A DNA stretch of 64,000 bases from Vitrella brassicaformis CCMP3155 (GCA_001179505.1 CDMY01000253.1:1-64000), one strand, 5' to 3'. Positions 48,735 to 62,141 are shown, numbered from the stretch's first letter. Numbers and translations are program-made. Notes: generated by a model not told the origin, from the letters alone.

Positions 48735-51574
48735 TCATCTCGGCTGCCTTCGCAAAACCACCACTGCACGGACGAGAGAACACATTGTGGTCAGTCAATT
48801 GTGTTGAAATGTGCGTAGTTCGTAATTGGGTCACCTGTGGCTTCGAGGCCGCCAATGTTGACTGCATGCCGCCCACAGATGTGCCACACGCCCTGCATCC
48901 AGCATCACACACACCATCCCGTCCGCACAGATAGGTGTGTGTGCATGCGCGTAAGAAGGTGAGGTGCGCCGGCGTACGTACGGCGCCAGTGTCTTGCTGG
49001 ACGTTATCGACGATGATATCTCCCGCACGCGAGAGCAGGACAGCAGGCGCCTGAAGACGCGAATGAGGGCATGGCAGACGGCCGTTTTGCGGTGGTCTGT
49101 CCGTCTGTGTGCCTTACTTACATGGTCTTTGAGCAGTCGCGCTATCTCTTGTAAGGTCCGCCTCAGAAGAGAAAGGTTCATCCGACACACGTTGTTGAAC
49201 GGCTGTGCGAGCAAGGAACCCCATACACACAGACCGTCCATTCCTTCAAGAATGTGGTGGCGTGGCTTTATGAGCCCACCATGTCGGTGACAATCGCGTC
49301 GACGCTCTCGTCCTGGATGCCATCCAGCTGCCCGGCGTCACCCACGCGCGCCTCGACCGTGCCTGATATGTGCATAAACACTCACACTTACACATGTGCC
49401 TGCCTGTGTGTCGATACCTCACCTTTCATGAGATTGTTCCTGGTTGCGTGGCGCACATTGTCTTGCGCGTTGTCGACGACCGGCTCGTCGGTGTCGACGG
49501 CCATGCCGCGGACGGGATAGTGGCGGGCGGCCTCCAGGGGAATCGTCCTGATGGTTGGCAAGACACACACACACTCATACACACATCCACATGTGTGTGG
49601 ATGAGGATCCCCACCCAATTCCAGCCATGGGGTCGAGAACAACGCTCCCTGATCGACCACATTCACCGTCCATCAATGCAGCTAATGGATGGATGGATGG
49701 ATGGATGTGTGGAGTGGGTACATACCTGCAGGCATCTTGTGCACGTCAGCCATGCGGAGCATCAGGTGGGCAGTCGACGGCCGCAGCCGAATGCGCCGGT
49801 CCAGACCTGACACCTGGTCAGGCATTCACACACAGATGGGGGCATGATGCCTGACATGTGGCGGACACGACACGTGTGTGTGTGTGGTTGGGTGCCTGAC
49901 TGACCAGGTGTTGTCTGTCTTGGCTGGGGACGTCCTGTGTGCGCCTGTTGTTGCGCACATTTAGGTGGATGCCGTACGCAAGCGATGAGTGAAAGACAAT
50001 CGCCATCACCTGCAGCAACCGAGGACACAAGCAGCACTTACGCGGAGGCTCGCGTGAGTGGGCATTCATGCGTCTGTCTGTGTATACGCACCTCCATGTC
50101 ATATCCGGTCAGCTTGACGCGCCATCCGCTGTGCCGCCCTGTCACGCCCTCGCCCATCTGCACGAATCCATTACACATGTACATGTGTATGTGTATATGT
50201 ACAGATCGATGTGTGATATGTACACATATATACATACCGCGACCATGATGTCTTGGCTCTTGACATCCCCGTGGTGGCCATCACGCAGACACGACGCACG
50301 GAATGGCACAGCACCCAGCTGAAGGCAAACACGTGTGGCGTGGGCACGCGTGTGCAAGAGGGTGGGTCAAAGTCTCATCTCACCTTTTCTGTCCAGTCTT
50401 TGGCACTGATCTGCTCTTTGCTGATCACCTAAAGACACACACAGACACACGGGACATGCATCAAATCATGTGTGTGTTTGGTGCTTGGTTGCCTCGCCGT
50501 TCCACATGCTTCCGTCGACGAATCTCTGCTGCTCGATCCTCATGTGGTGACGCCACAGATGCAGCGCCTGATCCCTGATGAATGCACACACGCGCACATG
50601 GATAGGTGGATAGAATGCATTCGTCCGCAGCGCACCACAAGTCAGTCTTCTGCAGAAATGACTCGATGGGGCCGCTGATGGCCTGCACACCAGGATAAAC
50701 ACCTACACTTGTCCGCCGCTGTGTGGTCGGTTGGTTGGACTGCCGCGTCTGTACGGTAGGTACCTACGTACGTCTTTGTCAGGCTGCTCGACGGCCGACA
50801 AGGCAACAGGGATCGCCTGCACACCTGCACACACCCGCCCAGTACACTTACCATATGGGCAGACGTGTGCACAGGTGCAAGCTCGACAGCCATTCCTCCC
50901 TCACCGAGGAAGGCGAAGAGGCCCATGATGCACGGGCAGTCATGCAGCGCCGCTCTCGCATCGTGGCTGTCATCAACTTGCACCACGACCTTACCCACAC
51001 CTACACACGAATGTAGCCCGACGGAGTGAGTCCTTTCCTGTGTGCGTGTGCGTGTGCGTGTGCGTGTGCTTGTGTCCTGTCAGTCACCCCGCACCTCACC
51101 TGACCTGACCTGCGTGCCCGCCCGCATATCCCTTCTCCCTCTCGCGTAGCACGGTGCCCACACACGGCCTGGCGGCAACACACAGACAGAGTACACTGAC
51201 TGCACCATCGACCACATATATGACGATGGCATTCGTTAACTTACCTGTATTTGTCCATCTCGGCGTTGATGTAGCCGGTGGCGACGTCCTCAAGCCCCCC
51301 AGCCACCAGCATCAGATACGTCACCCGACCTGAAGAGCCATGTACACGCCCCCGTGCCGATTGACATCTGTATGTGCCGCGCGTCAGAGGTACGTACCGT
51401 CAGGCGGCCGTTCGTGCAGCCGCTGCTGTGTGACGGTGTCTGGCGTGAGCACTGTGTACTCAAACGGCCTGCATTGCACCCACCGTCACCGCACTTACAC
51501 GGTGTGGTCGCTGGTGCGTGTCGCAGTCTCGCACTCTTGCGTACCTACCTAGTGTCCAATTCCCCCTCTGCCAT
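48735..51574 (-). CDS. THUMP-domain tRNA (guanine-N2) methyltransferase, THUMPD2/3 / Trm14-like (~15 small exons)
   Basis: Spliced exons give PFRASCLRDG, GEGVTGRHSGWRVKLTGYDME|VMAI (THUMP), LRPSTAHLMLRMA, VVLDPMAGIG|TIPLEAA (SAM motif I), VDAIVTDM|PF and VNIGGLEAT|VVVLRRQPR*. Confidence 0.88.
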
Positions 51575-52194
51575 TCTCCTTCTCAGCGTTCTCTGGAACC
51601 TGTGGAAACAAACACATGCATGGGGATGGAGAGGATGCCTGTGGCATCGAGCTGCAGTGTCTGTGTACGTACCGTTTGATGGCAGGGGGAGGCGGAACGA
51701 AAAGCAGGGAGGCGCTCGCATGAATCTCTGCACACACACAGAAACACGCGAAGCTGATACGATCTTTCACACACGAACGTCAGCACTCACCTGAGGACAG
51801 GAGGTACGAGAGGGTAAACAGCAACGTGAGCATGCGCCGTCACTCACCGAGAAGCATAGATGCGTTGATGCTCTGCTGCACTCCAACCTGACATCGCAAA
51901 CAGGCGGGTTTATGAAAAGATCTTTGCGTGAGCTCCTTCCCATTCACTGCCCATCCTTACACTCCTTACCATTCCTCCTTTCCCCTCCTTCCTTCCTTCC
52001 TTCCTTATCTTCCCTCTTCAGGGCAAGAATGAAACCGATCTGTAAGCTCGCGTCGAACTCCAAGAAAAGGCAGCTGACGCTCTCTCGAGGCCGTTGGAGT
52101 TGCTGAGTGTATCGCTTTTGATAACGTTCGTTGAAGTTTGCCCCAGCCGTCCGCGCCGATCCCTTGTCCCTTCGTCGAGCGAGTGAGGGAGCCC

Positions 52195-53995
52195 ATGGCG
52201 GACCGTGACGAGTACGCGGGAGGTGCCACTGGCACCATAGACGCGGGGATGGCCACTCGGCATGGTGAGAGGGGATGACTGCACTGGACGTCCGTGATGC
52301 TCGTCCATCGGTTTGCAATGGGATGCGTTTGCGCTTGCGTATGCGTTATCAGGTGGTGGTATGATGAGTTCGGATGCAGAGCTGGTCGGCAGCCACCTGT
52401 CAGAGTATGCCACGACGACGAATGAGGCACTGCACCATCCCATTCCACCGGTCTGTGTGCCTTTCGTTCTTCAGTGCCAGGGCCCACAAGGCCGATGGCA
52501 ACAACCTGATGGCCAAGAAGGCCCCCAAGGCGGCGCTGACGGAGTACAAGAAGGCCATGGAGGCCCTCGAGGCGATCAAGTCCGTCGACATGGGGTCGTG
52601 GATGGCCCACACCGACGAGGTGCAGCAGCTCACCATGAGCGTGTGGAGCAACTCGGCCCTGGCCGCCCTCAAGGCCGACCTGCTGGACGAGGTCCTCACC
52701 TACGCCGACCTGCTGCTGGCCCACGATGATACCCACCCGAAGGTGACCGCAGCACAACAAAGAGATGAACTCGTGCATTCATTCATCTGTGTGTGTGTGA
52801 ATGTGTCTGCAGGCGTTGTTGCGTCGCGCCTGCGCCCGTCGGCTGTCTGGCGACTTCGATGGCGCCGTGGCCGACCTGCGCAAGCTGAAGGCGTCACACG
52901 AGAACTACGGCAAGGAGGCCGATGACGAGATGGCCCTCCTCGCCCAACACATCCAGCAGCACAAGGCCAAGGAGCACCAGGTGAGCAGACGCTGATCTGG
53001 ACGTGACGCGTGTGTCGTGTGTGTATGTGTGTGAATGTGTCTGTGTATGTGTTGGCTCCAACAGCTCTATGGTGGCATGTTTGAGAAGATGTCGTTGTAC
53101 GAGAGTCCCAACGACAGGGAGGGGGAGGGGTCTGAGGAGAAGGATTGGGTGATAATGGAACAAGATAAGAGCCTCATCGACCTGGGGATGGGGTATGCCT
53201 TCCGCCCCGCCAAGGCGTCCAAAGGCACAGAACACACCATCGGTCAGTGACACTAGCCAACAGAAAAACCTTCTCACTCTGCAGATCCGTTCCCTCTCCT
53301 CTCTCTCTTGTGTGTGCAGAGCTGCCACCCGTGAGTTTCGACGACCAGCCATCGGACAACCCGGCGACGCGCAACGGTGCGGGCGTCTTCACCGTCGGCT
53401 CGGCCACCGTCACCGCCACCGAGGGACGCACCAAGCGGGCCTCCCGCCGTCTGTCGGCTCGCCCGCTGCACTACACGAGCATCAAGAAGACGCCCAACAA
53501 CCTGCCCACCGTCTCGAAAGGTGTGTGGCCTTCTATGTCGACACACACGAGATGGAAGTGCGGGACGATGCGGCATGTGTATGTGTGTGTGCAGAGAGTT
53601 TGTTCGTGTTTGGCGAGGACCAGCGTCTGCCGAAGGAGGCCACCGAGACGGACAACAACCTGCCCACCGCTGCCAGTGGTGAGTGGCCTCCTATGTCGAC
53701 TTGTGACACCAATATATTGTGACACCCACAGCACGAGATAGGAGCGTGAGACCATGCGGCATGTGTGTGTTTCTGTGTGTGTGTCTGTGTGTGTGCAGAG
53801 GGTGTGTCGGCGTTTGGCGAGAGCAAGCATCTGTTGAAGGAGGCCACCGAGACGGGCAGCCAGCCGACGACCGAGGACGGCACGCAGGGAGGGACCCAGG
53901 AGCCGACGGTGGGTTTCTGGGGCCAGGTGTGGTCGTTCCTGTTCCCGGAGGGCATGTGCTGCGGCTGGTGCCGGGAGGGCCACACACACAACTAA
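52195..53995 (+). CDS. TPR-domain protein (FKBP/Cyp40-type 3-TPR co-chaperone module) with hydrophobic, Cys-rich C-terminus
   Basis: KADGNNLM...ALTEYKKAM, VWSNSALAALK and HPK|ALLRRACAR...GDFDGAVADLRKL form a TPR triplet, followed by YGGMFEK. The C-terminus is GFWGQVWSFLFPEGMCCGWCREGHTHN*. Confidence 0.8.
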
Positions 53996-54461
53996 ACCAA
54001 CACACACTCACACATAGCAAACACCCGACAGACAGACTGATAGGGGGGGTGGGATGCATTCTCTCTGACGGCCTGGCTGTAAGGCTGGGCGTGAGGGAAC
54101 CAGAGGGATACGGCTGCTATGGGTGTTTGGTCTGCCTGCCAATGGTGTAATGGTGTTTTTTTTCCAACATCAGCGAACCGTTACGCTGTGATGTCTCTGT
54201 CAGCCCCACCCCCACCACCAGACTGACGCGCGTGCCTCTTTTTCGCTGTGGCTCGATTTATTGCACTCTTTGTCTGTGATTTGTCGTCGTTTGGCTGCCC
54301 TGCGTGTGCTGATTGTAATATGTGTATGTGTGTAGTGTGAATGGGTCTGTTACTTGGTCTGTCTGCCCCGCCAATTTGTGAATGCGTCGTGTGGCTGGTT
54401 CCGCTCACTTGTCGTCTGGCCGGGTGCCGAGTGACTGACTGTACGGTATCTTTTCTCCCAT

Positions 54462-55449
54462 CCACCACTCATCCCTACCCTCTGCTCCCAGCACACACGA
54501 GGGCTGGCTGGGCTGGATCACACACACACACACACACGTTAGGACAACACACAGGGGGGCAGGTGTAGGCGTCCGCATGGTGCTGTATGCCGCAACAGAC
54601 AAACAGACAGACAGACAGACGGACGGACCGACGGACAAAAACTTTGGCTGGTTGGTTGGTCGGATGGGTGCCGCGTGTGGTGTCTGTCGTGGGCTTCATA
54701 ATGTTGTCGTCGATCGGTCGGTTCTCCATCTTTTGTTTGTCATGTGTTGGGCATTTCATGTGTTGGGCATCGGGGGCACTCCGTGTGTCGGTCGACTGTG
54801 CTTATGGGCGTTTGCGCGAAGTCACGGAATGGTCGGGGTGTGAGCTGTCGTCCGTCATCCTTTTGGAAGATGTATGTGCGTGGCAGAGGTGGATGGGTGT
54901 ATGGCTGTCGTCGTTTGTCGGTCGGTCTTTTTTGTCACCGCAGCGCATGCCCTCGAGTCAGTCAGTCCACTGCTGCTCTGACCTCGCAGTCTCCAGGAGT
55001 AGCGGGGGATCGATGGGCAGCGGTGGACCGGTCGGGCGGGGGCAATGCAAAACGTGTCGTTGTCGTTTGTTGGTATGTACCCCCACACCGCCTTACTAGA
55101 GTCAGTCAGCCGATTGCTGCTTTTTTCCTTCCTCTGGCCGCGCCCATGGCGAGCTGAGGACAGGGGCAGTAATGGAGACCAATACACGGGGTTGGTCGAT
55201 GGGACGGATGGAGGGATGGGTGGGGTGCCGCGTATGGTGTCGTGGGGGTCTTTTTGTCGTCGTCGATTGATCGTTTCCTTTCTCAGTCTTTTTCGTCCAT
55301 CGGTTGGGGGGTCAGGGGAACTCGATGTGCCGGTTTTTCTTCTGCCATTTTGTGGACTCTGTGTGGGTGGGGGGCACTTGACGGCTGATTGGCTTCTTAG
55401 TCTTGACTCGTCTTCTTTTTGCGGAATGTGTGAAGTGCCATCATGCCTT
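54462..55449. repeat. ~1-kb long direct repeat, copy 1
   Basis: Colinear with 57653-58654 from cacacgagggctggct... through ...tgaagtgccatcatgcctt, with scattered substitutions and indels. Confidence 0.93.
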
Positions 55450-57652
55450 AAGTTGTCGGTCGACTCACGGATGGACGTCTTACTTTTTTGTCATCGTTGG
55501 GGTGTTTTCTTTGCCGCTGTTTCTTTTGACCCGTCCTCTTTCCTTCCGGTGTGTGCCTGTGTGTGCCACTAGTGTTGGTCGTCTTTCCCATGTGCGTGTG
55601 GTGCCTGGCCGGTTTCTTTGTGAGGGATCGGGGGAGTGAGGCGTGAGTGTGTGTGCACAGGCAGGAAACGAACGGGCATACTGCTGTCGACGTCTGTCCC
55701 ACCGTGCAGGTAGGCAGGCATAGCAGAATGCCCGTTGGGTGTGAGGGGGTGGGAGAGAGAGATGCATACTGCAGACAGACATTGGCGTGCACGTCCGTGA
55801 TGGTCTGATGGATGGATGCAGAATGCATGGAGGAAGGAAGCGAAGCAAGGTGACACAAAACCCCCGATCTCTCACTCACCCTCTCTACCCATGTGAGTAC
55901 CACTTGGCCCTGCCGGCCGCTGCACTCACTGCCCTCACACCTCTCAGTCCCTCTCCTTTGCTTTCGTCTGGTTGGTCGCCTGCTGGTTGAGGGTTCGTTT
56001 GGCGTTTTGTCGTCCGTCCATCGATTCGTTTTTCGGCGTGTGTGTGTTGGAAGAACTATGGGGTGGGGTGGGATGTGTGAGTGTGCGGAACGGATGGATG
56101 GCTCTCGTGTGTACCCCTCTTCTTTTACTTTGTCTGTCGACTCCGGGTGTGGTCTTTTCTTCGTCTTGCTTTTGCGGCGTGTTTGTATGTGTGTGTCTGT
56201 GTGTCTCGTTCGTCTTTTCTTCTTTTGGCCGACCGACCGACCGACCGACCAGGCAGCTCAGCCGTCTCTCTGCCTGCCTCTCCTCTCGTGTGTTGTGTGT
56301 GCCTGACTGGGTGTCGGTGTGGTGTAAGGGTGCCCCTTGTGTGTATGTGTGTTTGTGTGGGTGGCATGCGAAGCACCCACCTACACCACAAACACAGAGA
56401 GATGATAGAATTAAGGGGGCGGTGTGGCGTGGTGTCTGGCTGTCTGTCTGCAATGATGCATGGTGAGACGCAGTGGGCGGGTGTTTTGATGGGTGGGTGA
56501 GTAGATGTGACACACATGGCTCGGCGTGATGCATCCATGGACTGAGGACGGATACACACAGACGGATGCATCTGTGAACGGGATACTTACAATATGGCAG
56601 TCCACACACAACACACAGACAGACCCACACCACACACGCGCATTCGCAAATTTCACAAACCCCAGGCACTCTTAGGGGCTAGCTGAGCACTTTAGCGCTT
56701 CCCCCGCCCATCTGCAATGGGAGAAAGCCTCCTGCGCAGCATCGGCAAAATGCGAGCTTAGAGTGCAAAGAGGGAGCATCAGCCCTCTGCGTGCTGCATA
56801 TTTCGTGTCCGGGTTGCATGTTAGGGTGCCTGTTTCATGTTGGACAGACCGACAGGGGACTTGGCCGTCAGGCCAGCTAGGGTGCTTCCTGAAACCGCTG
56901 CTGCTGCTGCAAAGAGGGAGGACGCAGACACACGAAACGGACAGATCAGCAGCAGAGAGGCTCACAGGAAGGCTACACGCGCAGCCAGGAGAGCTCTCTT
57001 GGCTCAAATCTTTGCCGCGATTGATGCGCCTTTGTTTGTGTCTGTCTGTGTGTGCAGGTCGAGGTGGCGTGTTGCGCCAAGACCCCGAGGCTCATTAGGG
57101 TGTCGGAGGATTGCTGTTGGTGAAGGCTTTGCGGTGCTCTCTGATGCACAGCGGAACTTCTCTCTGACCCCCTCTTTCTCCCATTTTGGTCCATCTCCTG
57201 CAGGCCCGTGTTTGGCTCTGTGGGTGCGGCCCGGTCCATCCATCACATGGGTCAGGTGCATCAGCTCATGGGCAAAACAGGAGCCTGAGGAGAGGTCAGC
57301 AGCAGCCCCACACACAGAGCACCGACGCTGGCACAAATTTGGCTTTTCTGACTGTAGGGTGACCCTTGACAGCCACCTGCAGGCCCACAGAGACCTGATA
57401 GAGAGAAAGTAAGACTAGTCTGGGCTGGGTGCGCACACACTACTGACCAATATACCGTCGAGAAGATTTTACCTGTGTACTTGACCCCGTGAGCCACCCA
57501 CACACTCTGGTTCACACACCCACCCTCTCTCTCTATATATGCCTGTACTAGGCGGAGCCATTCAGCATTGCGTTCCCCCTCTACTGCTCCGAATACAACC
57601 AGACACACACACACACACACACACACACATGCGGGAGTGTCCATCTTTCCGC

Positions 57653-58654
57653 CCACCGACCACCTCATCCCTCTCTCTACTGACAACACACACACACGAG
57701 GGCTGGCTAGGCTGTATCACACGCACACGTCAGGACAACACACAGGGGGGCAGGTGTAGGTGTGCGCATGGTGCTGTATGCCGCAACAGACAAACAGACA
57801 GACAAACAGACAGACAGACGGACGGACCGACGGACAAAGACTTTGGCTGGTTGGTTGGTCGGATGGGTGCCGCGTGTGGTCTGTCGTGGCTTTCACAATG
57901 TCGTCGTCGATCGGTCGGTTCTCCATCTTTTGTTTTTCATGTGTTGGGCATTTCATGTGTTGGGCATCGGGGGCACTCCGTGTGTCGGTCGACTGTGCTT
58001 ATGGGCGTTTGCGCGAAGTCACGGAATGGTCGGGGGGTTTGCTGTCATCCGTCATCCTTTTGGAAGATGTATGTGTGTGGCAGAGGTGGATGGATGGCTG
58101 TCGTCATTTGTCGGTCGGTCTTTTTTGTCACCGCAGCGCATTCCCTCGCCAGTCAGTCAGTCAGTCCACTGCTGCTCTGACCTCGCAGTCTCCAGGAGTA
58201 GCGGGGGATCGATGGGCAGCGGTGGACGGGCCGGGCCGCCGGGGCAATGCAAATTCAGTGCATTGCGTGTCGTGTTGTGTTTGGGTTGATTCCCCCCACC
58301 CGTCGTACTACAGTCAGTCAGCCCATCACTGCTTTTTGCCTTCCTCTGGCCGCTTCCTTGAAGAGCTGAGGAGAGGGGCAGTGATGCACACAAATACAAT
58401 CGGTCGGATGGATGGAGGGAGGGTTGGGTGGTGTCGTGGGGGTGGGTGGTGTCGTGGGGTTCTTTTCTGTCGTCGTCGGCCGATCGGTCCGTTTCTCCAT
58501 CTTTTGTTTCACGCATCGGGTGCGCTGTCAGTCAGGGGAAGTACTCGATGTGCCGGTTTGTCTTTTGCCATTTTGTCGACTGTGTGGGCTGGGGGGACTT
58601 CACGGATGACTCGTCTTCTTTTTGCGGAATGTGTGTGAAGTGCCATCATGCCTT
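57653..58654. repeat. ~1-kb long direct repeat, copy 2
   Basis: Colinear with 54462-55449. Confidence 0.93.
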
Positions 58655-59688
58655 CCATCGCCTCCTGTGGCAGTCAGTCAGTCTATCGACCATTCAGTCA
58701 GTGTCTGTCTGTCTGGTGGTCTGTCTGTCTGTGTGTCTGTCTGTCTGTCTGTCTGTGTGTGTGTCTGTCTGTGTGTGTGTCTGTCTGTGTGTGTGTCTGT
58801 CTTGCCCTCACCTCGCCCCCCACGCCCACACATAGCCAAGCCCCTCTGATAGACAGCCAGTCAGCCAAGCCAAGCTGAGCTCAGCCCCCTCTCTCTCCCC
58901 GGTACACAAATGTTCTCATCTGTGTACTGTCTGTGTGTCGGTATGGGTGGCGTGCCAAGCAGCCACCAAACCACGCTACTTAGACAGACAGACAGATCGG
59001 TGTATGTAGTCTGGTGCGTCTGCTGTGATATGTGCGTGCTGTCTGTCTGTCTGTCTGTCTGAAAGTGGCTGGGTGCGAGTGACGTGTGCGCGCAATGATG
59101 GCGAGTTAATTGTGAGAGCGAGGCGGTGATATGCGTCTGTCCGCTGGCCATCAAACAGACAGTGATCGGGAGGTGGGTGTAGATGCGATGCGGCTGACCG
59201 TTTGATGGAGTGGACAAGTCAACATGCATTCGTGGACAGACAGATGGCAGACTGAACATGCATTTGCACTGAACGCCCACTGACCCCACGATGCCCTCTG
59301 TGCCGCATACCCGCTTCTCACACACGCAAGGCCATCCGCTCAAACTAACCACACACACAGCCCATCACACCAGCAGTCATTCCCCGGCCTCCCAGCCCCA
59401 GGCGTCAAGCGCTCATCGAATTCCGTCTGTGTGAATATCTGGGTCAGTGCGTCTGCCGCCCACTGCTGCACACCTGCATTCACCCATTTCGCAAAGCCTC
59501 CGCCTCACTCGGCCTCAGATGAGCACGGCAGCAGCCTTCATGCATGGGCACTAACAATGGGAAAAAAAGGCCCAGCGGCCGCCTGCAGGGTTCCAAACCC
59601 TGCGAGCTTAGAACTGCCACGGAACAGAGAGGCTCACACAGATCAAAACTCTACAGATCAGTGAGCGCAGCGAAGTCCCAACATTTAA

Positions 59689-62141
59689 GTGATGCCGAAG
59701 CACCCACACCCACGTCCGCTACGGAAGCGGGCCTTCTTAAACCTGACCCTCACGCAGCTCTTCCTCATACCGCTGTCCTTCTGCGCCGTATCGCTCATAT
59801 TCCTCTCGGCCTATCTGCCCACATTCGACCTGCATGCCGTCCAGGAGGCCTTCCACCAGTGGCAGCACACCCACCGGCTGAAGCGGCAGCTCTCGCGGCC
59901 TATGGCGGCCAGCAAGGCGCTCACCCACCTGCAAGCCCAACATATCGGCGAGAATGACAGTGACGTCCTCTATCATGAGCATGCGCCAGACGGCCACTTG
60001 AGCATGCGGGATGCAATGCTGTCAGCTCTGATGATGGGTGATGTGGAGGCTCTGGTGCCTCTGCTGCGGCGATGCGTGTCCTACTGGGAAGGCTGGCCGC
60101 CGCTGCTCGACAGCGACAAGGAGAGGGGGTGTGGATCTGCCTGGTCTTCGGCTCTGTATCTGTCCCTGTTGGGCGAGTATGCCGTCTATCTGGATGTGCT
60201 GGAGCCGCGTGGCTTGGCTGTGGACGCATTTCGCAACTGGACGGCACGCGGGGCGACAAACGCCGTTAGGGGCATGAAGGAGCATCTGTCTGAGCGAGAG
60301 GAGGGGCAACTCTATGTGCTGCCCAAGATTACGGACGTCATTGAGGAAGACGGCACACCACCAGACCACATGCAGGCGCATCATCATCTTGGTGCCGGCA
60401 GCGTGCTGCAGGCGGTGTATGCGCACGCGCTGCACATGTCGGACCACCTGCTGCGAGTCGACACCCCGGTGAAGGACGAGCTGCGACCCCTCTCCCGCCG
60501 CCTCGTCCGCACCCTCCTCACCGCTCTGTACGACAACACCACCAGCCTCTTCATGCCGAGCAAGGACCTCTCTGGCGAGGAGCGGGAGCGTGAGCATGAC
60601 CACCATCACCACAGCCCTTCTGCCGTGCTGGACACCTTTCTGGTGCTGTACTGGCTGCCGCCTGTCCATGAGGAGCTGCTGCGGGATGTGGCACACCGTG
60701 TGGAGGCACAGATGAAGGAGGCTGAGTCGGCGGCAGGGTGGGTCCACTTTGTGGGCAGCAGGGCATCCGCAGACAAGAAGAGGCACCCACGAGTGACGCC
60801 ATGGGAACAGGTGAGGGCATGTTCAAGCGAACAAGACCTGGGAAGGAGGGACAGTCATTTGCGCGCGCACGCGTGTGTGTGTGTGCATAGGTGTTTGCCC
60901 ACCTGGCTGGCCTGCGGTGGGGGATGGAGGAGGTGGAGCGCGTGGCGGGACGAACCACTGAGGCACTGGAGCACATCAAAGCTGGTAAGGCACTGTATCA
61001 ACTCGGAACGGCAGACAGACAGGTGACCATTCTTGGATTGTCCCCCTCTCTCTGACCCATTCATTCATTCAGGCTATCCGCAACGGCTGGAAGGTGGCTC
61101 AATTTTCCTGTCTGACCCAAGTGGAGGCCTCCGCAGAAAGGCAAGCCCAGCGAGCCACCCCCTGATTGGCCAGCTCTCACTCAACTGCCTGTTGCTGTTG
61201 TTCGATTACCTGTGTGTGTCTGTCAGGGTGCGCCCCTCTCCTCTCTGCGGTCATGGACCGCCAAAGGCCATCCCCTGCAGCTGCTTACCGTCGCCACACA
61301 TGAGTACTTCCGTCTTCTGCATCACTCGCCCTTTCATCGACTCGCCCCGTTGGCCAAGTCGCTCGCGCACCAGAGGCCGCTCAGGGACATGACAGAGAGG
61401 AGGTGGCTGCACTTCACGCGCACATACACCGAGGAGGAGCGGCTAACAGGGAGGGGAAGGGAGCCCTGGAAGGTCTGTCGGATGGCTCTGTCGCGGCTGC
61501 CACTGCTGCTGGCCGCTGCTGTCTACTGCCGGCCGGACAGGTGGCGGAGGAAAGTTGCGGTCAAGGCGGACACCAATGGCCATCCTGAGGACCATCTGAA
61601 GGGCAAGAGAAAAGGCAAGATCTCCAGGAGGATGAAGAGCAGCAGCCGGCGAGGGCCTGATGAGTCGTCATGGGAGTGGAACTGCGGCGCTTTATCATGG
61701 GGATGGCGCTCGACCCACCCCTTGTTCCTCCCGGCCTCTGTGGATGTGCCTGCCGCCCTCCCTCACACGTGGATATCTCTCGAGGAGATCGATGACGACC
61801 ACTGCGACTGCCCCGACACCGCACTGGACGAGCCCTTCTCGTCTGCATGTGCTGGACAGAGGCCACCCACCCCTGACGCCCACACACCGCCGCGCAGTCA
61901 CTACCGACAGCCTCCGGCCCCTCCGCTGTCTTCACAGCACCAAATGAAGCATTGGTGCCCGGCTGAGGTGCGGTTCGTGCCGTTGTCTCGTGTGCATGAT
62001 GGGGTGAGCGACTGCTGCGACGGGTCAGACGAGTTGAGAGGGAGCGAGGTGAGGGGGGAGGGTGGCATTGATAGGGGGAGGAGGGTCGGGGGGGTCTGGG
62101 ATGAATATGAGAGGGGGGAGGTGGCTGACGTGTGTGGGTGA
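59689..62141 (+). CDS. Type II membrane protein with large helical luminal region and C-terminal glucosidase II beta (PRKCSH)-like Cys module; 3' end uncertain
   Basis: A basic N-terminus is followed by one TM (FLNLTLTQLFLIPLSFCAVSLIFLSAYL). The C-terminus has ISLEEIDDDHCDCPDTALDEPFSSAC...HWC...FVPLSRVHDGVSDCCDGSDE, matching the NDxxCDCxDGSDEPxTxAC...SRVNDGxCDCCDGSDE pattern. Confidence 0.78.

Noticed and set aside
56670-57600. SET-domain-like fragment (WLRLVQAYIEREGGCVN) in the core between the long repeats
   Set aside because: Downstream exons could not be joined in frame and no SET motifs were found.
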